Positions 1-9,700 of a stretch of DNA of 61,319 bases are shown here, piece by piece. Source of the stretch: Candidatus Altiarchaeota archaeon (GTDB taxonomy: Archaea > Altiarchaeota > Altiarchaeia > IMC4 > QMZM01). How positions within the stretch are numbered: the stretch's first letter is position 1; each line of letters starts with the position of its first letter. Under the pieces are notes generated by a model that had not been told where the DNA came from, did not search any database, and saw only the letters and a list, made by a program, of their open reading frames with translations. The DNA lies in contig JAWAEV010000005.1 of the NCBI GenBank assembly GCA_038891095.1, positions 1 through 61,319 on the forward strand, read 5' to 3'. The position numbers were made by a program, and so were the translations under genes.

Positions 1-674
1 TCCTCCGGATTAAAACAACATCTATAATTACACCATTCTTTTTCTGTTTTACAGTCACAAGAAACATACCCTTTTGGACACATCTTCAGGCATACATCAT
101 GATGTGTTGGAGTAATTTGACCCCCATCTTGTTTTCCAGCTATTATAATTCTTCCCATCAATAAATTTACTAATGCTCCTGCTATACCTATAATTGCTAA
201 TGCAAAAATCACGAAGAGAATTCCTTTTTTTGCTTCATCTCTTGATGAGGGATCTTGAGCAGTTAAGATTCTTATTCCATGAATTACAATCATTATTGCA
301 GCAACAATTCCAGAAGCGACTAAGATTGCTGAGATAATTTCATTAACCATCTTCTTTAGCTCACAAGTGCTTTTGCAAGATGCTAAACATCCTGTACTTT
401 CAGAAAAGCTTCCCATTGCCTGTCTATCTAAACCACTACACCAATCCTTGCAGCAATTTTCACAGTCAGATGAACAATCAGTTTGTCCGCCACAAGCTCT
501 TCCACAAGAATCCTTACATTTATCTTTTAAACCAGTTGCTTTTATATCCGTGCCTTTACAATTGCAAACGCAATCCTCAATTTCAATTGATGATAATACT
601 GAAACCAACAAAATTAATACTATTAGACTCAATAAAAAAATTTTTGATGCCTTAAAAATTCTAATTTTTTTCAT
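1..674 (-). CDS. Cys-rich secreted/membrane protein with internal TrbC/VirB2 pilin-like hairpin (3' end outside window)
   Basis: Not in ORF track. Manual translation from ATG 674 (ATGA overlap with upstream stop): signal peptide, Cys-rich block, GIRILTAQDPSSRDEAKKGILFVIFALAII hairpin, second Cys-rich block; open to window edge. Confidence 0.8.
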   Translation of the reverse strand, partial: MKKIRIFKASKIFLLSLIVLILLVSVLSSIEIEDCVCNCKGTDIKATGLKDKCKDSCGRACGGQTDCSSDCENCCKDWCSGLDRQAMGSFSESTGCLASCKSTCELKKMVNEIISAILVASGIVAAIMIVIHGIRILTAQDPSSRDEAKKGILFVIFALAIIGIAGALVNLLMGRIIIAGKQDGGQITPTHHDVCLKMCPKGYVSCDCKTEKEWCNYRCCFNPE

Positions 675-1291
675 ATCTTCTCTCTTATTTTTTCTATATC
701 ACTCAAAAAATCTTCAGAATCTTTTTCAAATTTTGAAAATTCCTTGACTCCGAAGCTACTCATTCTTGAAATCCATAAATCAATGCTATCCCTATTTCCA
801 ACAAAAATAAGTACATCTTTCTCCTTTCCTTTTTCAGTGTACAGCATTCTTATGTAGTCAGTTGCTATTATTTTCTCTACTTTAAAACCCTTAATTGTTT
901 CTAATGGTATTTCAAGTAATGTTTCACCAAAAACATCTCTTGCTAAAATTCTTTTATTTGTTAGATAAATCGTTACATTTCTATGCATTTCCTTGCTCAT
1001 TATGCCACCTAATTTTTTTGGAAAGATAACTGCTCCCATTTCAAGAGTTCTTAAATTTCTTTGCTCTCCCGGCAGCAATTCAAGAGGTTTTTCTGGCTTT
1101 TCAAAGGATATTAACAAATAATACGCTCCAAAAACACCAATTAACATGCTAACTAAAGCAACAGCAAAAGGAACTTCAAAAAAGGGTATGTTAGCATAAA
1201 TAAATGCTCCGGCTATTGCAATTAGGAATAAAACAGCAGCCATCCAGTATCCAATCTCATCAAAATATTTCTTCAAATTGAAAATTTTCAT
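671..1291 (-). CDS. Two-TM membrane protein with PH/GRAM-like C-terminal domain
   Basis: Two N-terminal hydrophobic helices; IYLTNKRIL...EIPLETI pattern typical of PH/GRAM-like folds. Confidence 0.55.
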   Translation of the reverse strand: MKIFNLKKYFDEIGYWMAAVLFLIAIAGAFIYANIPFFEVPFAVALVSMLIGVFGAYYLLISFEKPEKPLELLPGEQRNLRTLEMGAVIFPKKLGGIMSKEMHRNVTIYLTNKRILARDVFGETLLEIPLETIKGFKVEKIIATDYIRMLYTEKGKEKDVLIFVGNRDSIDLWISRMSSFGVKEFSKFEKDSEDFLSDIEKIREKI

Positions 1292-1335
1292 TTTTTTGTT
1301 TATTTTTTATTTATTTTTTTTATTTAAATTTAACT

Positions 1336-2457
1336 TTACGTTTTCGGAGGAATTCTTGGAGGTCCTATAGGCTCAGGAGGAGAAACTTCCTCTTCACCAG
1401 CAGCACTTTCTACTCCCAAGCCTAATGTTGCACTACCCAAACTTATCCAAGGTGTAAACATTAGGTCACGCATCATCCCTACCATTTCACCCCAATTCAC
1501 TAAAGCCATTGTGATTACTGGAGCAACTGCTAATGCAACAAAGCCAGCAAATCCAAAAGTATCCTTTAACATTGGATCATCCAAAGGTAAAGATAGTGCA
1601 GCAATAGAAATTCCAAATAAAATTACTGCCATCATAAATTGCGAGAGAATCCACCATATAGTTTGTTTGAAGAGCATTGCACCCATTCTTCTTGTCCAAT
1701 GGAAAGCATACATGAAAATAATCAGTGGAAACATTATTATATAGAGGATTATAAAGAAATATCTCATAAAGATTATTATGAATATTGGCATACAAAACAT
1801 AATTGCGCTTGCTAAATGTCTTGTAATAGGGCCATAACCATAAGTAACAAACATGAAGAATTCATCTCTTAGCATATTTATTGGTTGTTTTAACATCTCT
1901 ATTCCCGGAGTTAAATCTGCTAAATTTAAAACAAACGCTGTTAAGAATTCACTCATATCCAAAATTGCTTGTGTTATTGGTATAGTAAGATAGATTATCG
2001 GAACTGATGCTATCAGCTTTAACAAAGTTGATTTTGCTCTTGCTCTTCCCATTGGCGAAGCAGAAAGGAAAATTAAGTAAATACCTATAAAAATAAAAGC
2101 AAATACATAAAAAGGAATTAAAATATTTATCATAAAATTTACCATGTTTTCAATATCTGGAGCAGCTATAAAATTTCCATTCTCATATCTCATTACTTCT
2201 GGATTTAAAAGTATGAGTGATGGTAAATTTTCTGTTGCTCTAAGTATTGGGTCATAAGTAATTTTTGCAACAAATTGCGCTACAATAAGTCTTTGTCCAA
2301 TCTCAACAAGAACATCTACAACTGCTTTTATGAGATCAAGTCCAGCTATAACTAAAAGAGTTATTGGATCAAATGCGCTGATTAAATTTATAATTAATAG
2401 TAATATAGCTACAGATAATATTGCTTTAATTGCTAAATTTTTTAATTTGCTCGGCAT
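1336..2457 (-). CDS. TrbL/VirB6-like polytopic membrane protein, paralog 5
   Basis: Start moved to ATG 2457 (TAA-A-ATG junction); YLIFLSASPMGRARAK and RYFF...FPL...TRRMG...QT motifs shared with four neighbours. Confidence 0.6.
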   Translation of the reverse strand: MPSKLKNLAIKAILSVAILLLIINLISAFDPITLLVIAGLDLIKAVVDVLVEIGQRLIVAQFVAKITYDPILRATENLPSLILLNPEVMRYENGNFIAAPDIENMVNFMINILIPFYVFAFIFIGIYLIFLSASPMGRARAKSTLLKLIASVPIIYLTIPITQAILDMSEFLTAFVLNLADLTPGIEMLKQPINMLRDEFFMFVTYGYGPITRHLASAIMFCMPIFIIIFMRYFFIILYIIMFPLIIFMYAFHWTRRMGAMLFKQTIWWILSQFMMAVILFGISIAALSLPLDDPMLKDTFGFAGFVALAVAPVITMALVNWGEMVGMMRDLMFTPWISLGSATLGLGVESAAGEEEVSPPEPIGPPRIPPKT

Positions 2458-2458
2458 T

Positions 2459-3547
2459 TTACATATCTGCAACATCTGCAGTGACTTCTTCTGGAAGAAT
2501 CTCTCTTCCAATGTATAGTTCATCCATAACAACAGGCCCAACACAATAAGGCCCTGTAGTTAATGCATCAATTATTACAACTAAAATTGCAAACCAATCT
2601 GCTATTCCGAGAATTATCATTGGTGAAAATACAAAAAAGAACCAACATGCTAAGTCTATATGTTCCTGAGGTATAGTACTAATTTGATATGGCAAAGTTG
2701 TGATAATTACTACTATAACAGCCAACGCAACAGCCCATAAAATTTGCACAGATGTCACCATTATCAACTGAAACCATAAGGTTTTTCCTAAACCTTTAGT
2801 TGCATAGAAAGAATTCATAAGTATTGCCAATGGTAAAAGCATTCCTAAAAGAACAAGAAAAACATATCTTCCGACTGTTAGAAGGTAAAATAGAGGATAA
2901 ATTGCTAAATATATCCCAAGAAGAACACCTGATCCAAAACCACCTGTCTGCAATAACTCTGCCTTCCAAATTTTTCCATAAAACCAATCCATTGCTCTGA
3001 AAAGTGTTTCTATTGCTGTTTTGGTATCTACAACATTTAACAAAAATTTTGTCGCTGTTGCAGAAAAGTAAAAAAGCAAGCTTAAAAGTAAAGGTGAAAG
3101 TGAAACTAAAATTAATGATATGAACATATTGAAAAGATTTTGCTTAGCATTTGCTCTTCCTTCTGGAGAGCTAGAAACAAACAAAAGATAGAACGATGTG
3201 AAAATTATCCCAAGGATATAAAATGGTGCAGTGATATTAATAAAAAATTTCATTCCTACAGAAATATCTTCAATATCAGGATTTGCTAAAATTAGATATG
3301 GTAAATTCTTATAGACTGAATTAAAGAAATCATTTGCCTTCATTATTGTTGTTAAAATCCAGCCTTTTTTATACCAGTCAACTCCAATTTTAAGTAGAGG
3401 CTCGGTAAGGATGCTCCACGGATTGCTACTCCATGGTGTTGGTGGAGGTGATGCAGCATATACTTTTAAAATAAAAATAGTTATGAGTATTAAAATTATG
3501 ATACTAAAAATTCCTTTTTTAATTTCTTTTCTATTGCTCTTTCTCAT
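2459..3547 (-). CDS. TrbL/VirB6-like polytopic membrane protein, paralog 4
   Basis: Start moved to ATG 3547; signal peptide ending VYA; YLLFVSSSPEGRANAK; RYVF...LPL...TKGLG. Confidence 0.6.
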   Translation of the reverse strand: MRKSNRKEIKKGIFSIIILILITIFILKVYAASPPPTPWSSNPWSILTEPLLKIGVDWYKKGWILTTIMKANDFFNSVYKNLPYLILANPDIEDISVGMKFFINITAPFYILGIIFTSFYLLFVSSSPEGRANAKQNLFNMFISLILVSLSPLLLSLLFYFSATATKFLLNVVDTKTAIETLFRAMDWFYGKIWKAELLQTGGFGSGVLLGIYLAIYPLFYLLTVGRYVFLVLLGMLLPLAILMNSFYATKGLGKTLWFQLIMVTSVQILWAVALAVIVVIITTLPYQISTIPQEHIDLACWFFFVFSPMIILGIADWFAILVVIIDALTTGPYCVGPVVMDELYIGREILPEEVTADVADM

Positions 3548-3548
3548 T

Positions 3549-4598
3549 TTATGGTAAAACACCTCTTATTAAGCCTATTAGGGTAAATGGTAATGCACAT
3601 ATCATCGCATAGGCAGTCAAGCCTAATACTAATGTGAATATGTCTGTACTAATTTCAGGTATTGTTGTGTTAGCAAATCCTAAAGTTACCAGTGATGTAA
3701 CAAATGAAAAAATTTGCTGAAGTGATGAAAAAACAGGCACAGAAAGATTGCTAATTGTTGGATTTGAAATAAATGCTTTTTCCTTTATTGATAAACTCAA
3801 TGCAAGTGCGACTAATACTAAAGCCCAAAAAAATTGTAACAGCACCCAGGTTATTGTTTGCTCCATAACTGTTCTTGCCATACCACGAGTATATCTAAAA
3901 GAGTAAAGTAAAATTGTCAATGGGAAAATTATCTCTAATATTGTCACTACAATATTTCTAATTGAGATAAATATATAGGGCATCCATGCAACAAAGCTTA
4001 AGATAGTGTAAGGCCATGGCCCTGCAATCCCTTCAGGTGCAAGAGCAAGAAGTGTGACTATAGCATACATTCCATGAATTCCACCTAATAAAATTTTCTG
4101 TATAATTCCTTTGTCAACAATATTAAATGCTGCTCCTGTCATAACTCTTGAGAATTGCAATAATAGACTTAGCAATAATGGCGATATACTAACAAAAAAC
4201 ATGCTCTTCATTAGCATAAAAAGATTTGTCTTTGCATTTGCTCTACCTTTAGGCGAGGCAGAAATAAAAAAGAGGTAAAATGCTGTAAAAACAATTGCTA
4301 AAAGATAAAGTGGCTGAACTAATTTTATAAACATTATCATAAAGTTCATTATTATTGGATTATCCTGTGGTGAAGGTGTAAAAAGTATAAGCTCATAAAA
4401 ATTCTTAGCAAATAAACTGCCTCTATTTTCAATCCAAAACCACAAAGTTGCTGCAAGTTTTGCTCTGAGTATGGGGTATATGAGTAATTCTTGCCATACT
4501 GATTCGAAAACTGCGCTAACTTGCTGAATTTGGGATAGCAATAAAAGTATTGCAACTGCTATTAAAGTTAATTTCTTTCTTTTATGTTTTTTCTCCAT
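3549..4598 (-). CDS. TrbL/VirB6-like polytopic membrane protein, paralog 3
   Basis: Signal peptide ending VSA; YLFFISASPKGRANAK; FPL...TRGMARTVMEQT. Confidence 0.6.
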   Translation of the reverse strand: MEKKHKRKKLTLIAVAILLLLSQIQQVSAVFESVWQELLIYPILRAKLAATLWFWIENRGSLFAKNFYELILFTPSPQDNPIIMNFMIMFIKLVQPLYLLAIVFTAFYLFFISASPKGRANAKTNLFMLMKSMFFVSISPLLLSLLLQFSRVMTGAAFNIVDKGIIQKILLGGIHGMYAIVTLLALAPEGIAGPWPYTILSFVAWMPYIFISIRNIVVTILEIIFPLTILLYSFRYTRGMARTVMEQTITWVLLQFFWALVLVALALSLSIKEKAFISNPTISNLSVPVFSSLQQIFSFVTSLVTLGFANTTIPEISTDIFTLVLGLTAYAMICALPFTLIGLIRGVLP

Positions 4599-4604
4599 TT
4601 TAAC

Positions 4605-5579
4605 TCATGGTAAAAAATTTCTAAATAATCTTGTTGTTAATGTCATTGCCATTATCATTAAAAAAACGCTCATGAACAAGAAAAAATCTGTAAATAAAGG
4701 CACTGGTCCTATAAGAGGAATCTCAATAGTAGGGCCAATTTTAAAAAGACTTTCGTCTCTGATAGTTGAATTTGCTAAGACAACAGCAACAACAACACAG
4801 GCATTAAAAATCTGTAATCCTGTCCATACTATAGTTTGCTCTAACATAACTCTTCCAAAATCATGAGTTTTATTTAGAGTGTATAAAAAAACAGCTACTG
4901 GAAAAATTGAAATCCATAAAGTTAAAATTGCATACCTTATCAGGAATATTCCAAAAGTTCCCCATATAAACCACCAAAGCCATAGATATGGAAAGAAAAG
5001 AGCGTACATAAAATCAAGTTGTGCAATGAATATGCTCAAGTTACTATGTCCTTTAGTATAATATTTCATTAGCTCAGTGTATTTATCAATACTTACCATG
5101 TTTAGAACAACGGATGTTGTTCTTTCTGAGAAATTTAAACCTGCCTCCAAAATAGCAGGTGAAACAGAAATTAAAAACATTCCTATAACAAATTTTGTAA
5201 GCATGTTCTTTGCAGTTGCTCTCTTTGCTGGAGAACTTGACATAAAGATGAGGTAAAACCCTGTTGCGATAATAGCCAAAATATAGAATGGTAAAATTAT
5301 TTTCATAAAAAGTTGTAGCAAAATATTGCTTCTAACTGGAGGATTTAAGAGTATAAGTTTTGTTATTTCATTATAAAGAACATCTTCTCCCATTTTAGCC
5401 ATGTCTACCATGTAGTAGCTATGCCAAAAAGTTAGGAACATACTCAAAGGATCGCCAATAATTGTTTTTGTAAAGTCAGGAAGATTTATAGCTGCTGTGG
5501 CTACTGATATTAAAACAAAAAATGAAATTAATGCAAAAAATGCAGAAATTTTTAAATTTTTTATTTTTTTTCTTTGCAT
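4605..5579 (-). CDS. TrbL/VirB6-like polytopic membrane protein, paralog 2
   Basis: Signal peptide ending ATA; YLIFMSSSPAKRATAK; RYAI...FPV...GRVMLEQT. Confidence 0.6.
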   Translation of the reverse strand: MQRKKIKNLKISAFFALISFFVLISVATAAINLPDFTKTIIGDPLSMFLTFWHSYYMVDMAKMGEDVLYNEITKLILLNPPVRSNILLQLFMKIILPFYILAIIATGFYLIFMSSSPAKRATAKNMLTKFVIGMFLISVSPAILEAGLNFSERTTSVVLNMVSIDKYTELMKYYTKGHSNLSIFIAQLDFMYALFFPYLWLWWFIWGTFGIFLIRYAILTLWISIFPVAVFLYTLNKTHDFGRVMLEQTIVWTGLQIFNACVVVAVVLANSTIRDESLFKIGPTIEIPLIGPVPLFTDFFLFMSVFLMIMAMTLTTRLFRNFLP

Positions 5580-5580
5580 T

Positions 5581-6756
5581 TTATGGTGGGAATATTCTTT
5601 GTATCATTGATGATATGAACCATGGACCAAAGAATAAAATTAAGACAATTGCAATTGAATAAAAACCTATGTGGCCTATAAAAAAGAAGAGAGTATAATC
5701 ATAGCCTTTATAGCTATCTGGTAGAATACCTAAGCCAATTGCTATTGCAACTAAAGTTAAAGCATAAAATATCTGCAGGAATGTCCATTGGATAGTTTGC
5801 TCAATCATTGTCCTGCCAATATTTCTTGTAAGGCTAAAAGTTGTAAAAAATATTGACAAAGGGAAAAGAATTGTCCATAGCATCAAGATGAGATATCTAA
5901 AAGCTAAAAATCCAAAAATTAAAACAAATAGGATTATAATTGCATAATATGGATAATATGCAATATCTCCGCTAATCTTTTTGATTCCAAACGCACTATT
6001 AGAGATGCTAGTGATAAAGTCTTCAGATTTAGGAGAAAACTTAGATAGTTTACCTTTCCCTATAATCTTTTTTTCGAATATCCGTGGTAAAGGCAATGTA
6101 TACTCTGTCTGATATAAGTAGGCAATAATGTTGCCTGATAATCTATTCAAAAAACCTGGTCCATATTTAATGCCTACATGTGCAGCATAAAGAGACCATG
6201 TCATGCTATTGAATTCATCAGTAACTATGTTTATATCCTTCTTCTGATCAAGAATTGCTTTGCTGAAGAGATATGAAAAGTTAAAGAGATAGCTTAATAT
6301 ATATGGAGAAATTGAAACTAATAGCATCCCGATTATAAGTCTGCCAAGAGTGTATTTCGCTTTTGCTCTGCCTCTGACTGAGCCAGATATAAAAAGCAAG
6401 TAAAATCCAGTTGCTGTAATTGCTAAAATATAAAAAATTTGTGCAAGTATAATGAAAAAATTCATAACTCTCAGAACTTGCGGATCTAAAGGATTTGGAT
6501 TTATCAAGATGTATTGATCAATTCTTGAGAACTCATTAGTTGCTTCATAAACAGTATAGGTCAGCCAAGTTAAAGCCACTAATTCTCTTGCAATTTCACC
6601 TGTGAGCATAGAAATAAAGTTATACCCCTTCGATTTAGAAAGTTCCCATGATTTTTGTTGCTGCTGTCCTGAAGACTGTTGAGTATAAACTATGATAATT
6701 GAAAAAATTAGAAATATTGCTAAAACTCCTAAGAATTTTCTTTTTCTTATTTTCAT
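5581..6756 (-). CDS. TrbL/VirB6-like polytopic membrane protein, paralog 1
   Basis: YLLFISGSVRGRAKAK; RYLI...FPL...TRNIGRTMIEQT. Confidence 0.6.
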   Translation of the reverse strand: MKIRKRKFLGVLAIFLIFSIIIVYTQQSSGQQQQKSWELSKSKGYNFISMLTGEIARELVALTWLTYTVYEATNEFSRIDQYILINPNPLDPQVLRVMNFFIILAQIFYILAITATGFYLLFISGSVRGRAKAKYTLGRLIIGMLLVSISPYILSYLFNFSYLFSKAILDQKKDINIVTDEFNSMTWSLYAAHVGIKYGPGFLNRLSGNIIAYLYQTEYTLPLPRIFEKKIIGKGKLSKFSPKSEDFITSISNSAFGIKKISGDIAYYPYYAIIILFVLIFGFLAFRYLILMLWTILFPLSIFFTTFSLTRNIGRTMIEQTIQWTFLQIFYALTLVAIAIGLGILPDSYKGYDYTLFFFIGHIGFYSIAIVLILFFGPWFISSMIQRIFPP

Positions 6757-9700
6757 ATTCTTTTTCCTTTAAATTCTTCCCACCAGTGATATATGTCAAG
6801 CCTTTTTGGTTTGAAAAATCTATATGAGAAGAGGGCTATGTAAAATATCAAAAGCAATATAAAAAGTTCTATTTTGAGAAATGGCGAGTTAATTCCAATG
6901 ACAGGAATCTCTAAAATTTCAATTGCAGGGGAAGCTCTTTCATTCCCTAAGAATATTCCCTGAATAGTTGTTGTTCTCTCTGGAATAAAAGAAAAACTTG
7001 CTATACCTTTCTCATCAGTTATAACATATGCAAGGACTTCACCATCTACAATTTCTTTTTTTAAACCTTCTGGATTTAATTTCCATATATCCTGTATATC
7101 CAAAAACGAGAGATAAATTTTCTCATTTGCAATTGGCATTCCTGTTTCATAGAAACTTAAATTTAAATAAACAGAAACTCTTGTTCCATATGAAATAGCA
7201 TTAACCTTCGGATAATACTCCATTTTAAGCAATGTGGCATTTCTTAAGGTTACATTTACATATAAATTTTTTTCTTTTCTATCAGGGAATAAACTAAAGG
7301 TTTCATTCTTGAAAAAGGTATATATTGTAAGAGTTGTGTTTAGTATATCTCCATCAGTTAAAGTATAGATAAGTGCTTCACCTGTCTTTGGGTTCATGTA
7401 TTTTCTTGAAGTTACATCAAATGTTAGTGTATAATAATTTCCATCATGTATAACATCATCAACTGAAAATAAGCCCAAACTTTCAAATGGATTTTGTTTA
7501 ACTCCTTTGTATTCTGCTTCACTTATATTATAAGTCTCAAAATTTATGAAGTCATAAAATTTTCCAAGATTTACATTATCTATAAAAGTTTCTCCATCAG
7601 AAAGTAGTTCAACTGCTGATAAATTCCCGCTAATTTCGAAGCATTTTTTTGTCCATCCGGCGATATCTTTACAATTTTGAGAGCATATTAGATGTTCAAC
7701 TTTTTTATTTGAATCACTTAGAATAATCTTGAATTCATTAGTGTCATTAACCTTGAACTCTAAACATAATTCTCCATAAGGCTGCGAACTTACTGGCTTT
7801 GCTAAATTTTGTGAAATCCTCCCATTTAATTTTAGCATTTTTCCAGAATTGCCACCAAGTGATATAGTACCATCTCCAATCCAGAAATCTTTATCTTGTT
7901 CAAAATCTCCATTAACTATAAAGGAGCCTTCTTCTTCATGATAAGTTCTGTTAGAAGTGCAAGGATTAGGAAAGCATAAGGTTGGTAAGCATACGCAATC
8001 TTCTCTCTTCTCTGCTTTTCCAGTTTTAAAATTTATACATTCTGGTTTTAGTATGTCTTCTGAAGGGCATTTACATTGATCTGGGCAAATTTTCTTGCAT
8101 TGCTCAGGAAAATTAAATTCTTTGTTATTATAGCAGAATCTACTCTCATAAGAGCACTCTCTAAGATTAGATTCTTTTTCTGGTGGAGAAGATTTTTTCT
8201 TGAAAAGTAGATGCTTTGTCGGATAAATTAAAGAACGATAATAAATACCTGAATTTTTTGCATCAATTGTAAAACCACCCAAGATATCCGGAGCTATAAA
8301 AATTTCTAAAGCACCAAAAACTTCTACCTCGCCAAAATCATTAACGATTTTATCTATAATGCCGGTTATATTCAATTCGGCAGTACTTGTTATATTTAAT
8401 TTGTGAACTTTTTCTATAGTGAAACTATCTTTAACTTTCTCAGTATATTTTTCAGTTTCAGTATTGGAGAGATAACAACCAACTACTTCATTATTACCAC
8501 GCTTTATGCACTCGCCTTCATCATTTGTTTCACAGCAATGATCTATACAACTTACAGTGTATATGTCTTTAACAATATTTATTACATAAGTATTCTCAAC
8601 ATCAATTTTTAATTCTTCTGCTTCCTCTAAAAGCTCATAATTGAAAACAATGTCTGAATTAACAATGAATTTCTTATCATTTGTTTCTGGTTTATAAATT
8701 CTCTTTATTATGTAAGTGCTTCCATAGACATCAAAACTTGCATCTTCAATTTTAAAATTTAAATTACCTCTTTCAGTTATGTTAAATGCAGGATGTTTTA
8801 TTATCTTTACATTTTCAGAAATTTCTTCTACCTCCAATTCATTTTTCTTTTTAGTGATAGTTTTTTTAATACAACAACAATCTTCTAATTCACAACCAGA
8901 AATTTCAGTATAGCAACCATAATCACCTGTGCACAATGCTGGGCTTTTACATATGCCACCTGCTGAAGTGCAATCATCATTTGACTTTGATTCTTTAGCT
9001 CCAGAAATTTTTACATTTGGAATTTTTATCTTTGTTTCAACTTCAATTCCAGTGTCAGAGTAATGCGCATCAACTTTACAAATTTTTCCACAATCATTTT
9101 CTACAACATCACAATTTGGGTCTGATTTCCAGCAATGATTTGGATTTTTATTGCATTTATCGCCTTGAAAATCTGCATAACATTCAGAGCATCTTTTTTC
9201 ACCAGAATTGCACTCTTTTTTGCAACCTTCAAATGCATCATTCTCTTGAGTAGCATCACAACTATAGGTGCATGTATCAAATTCAAATCCAGCACCAATA
9301 TAAACAGTTCCATTCCCAGAGAGGGTCCAGTTTTTATGCTCTCTATTATCTTGTAGCTTTGGTGTTGCTGTAAATATCTTTGTCCATGAACTCTTTCCTT
9401 TCTCATCTTCAACTAAAATTTTTTCTGAAGGTTTCTCATCTATATCCTGATAGAAATTCCATTTCTTTACCTCATCTATGTAAGGTTTTTCTATAAAACC
9501 AACTTCTAATAAAGGGAAGGTATTTTCTAAGGAATACCACCCATAATTTATAGCTTCTTTACATGCTTTAGTGTCTTTTAAATCAGTTTTGTAGCAATAT
9601 ATATATGAGGCATTATCCTCGCCGTACATTTGGCTATATTTCTTAAAAAAAGGCTCATTCCCAAAGTTTTTCTTAATAAAATTTTTATATTTTTCATCTT

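Noticed and set aside
367-747. Plus-strand ORFs 367-747 and 380-655
   Set aside because: Shadows of the minus-strand pilin-fusion gene. The other short antisense ORFs inside clear genes were dismissed for the same reason
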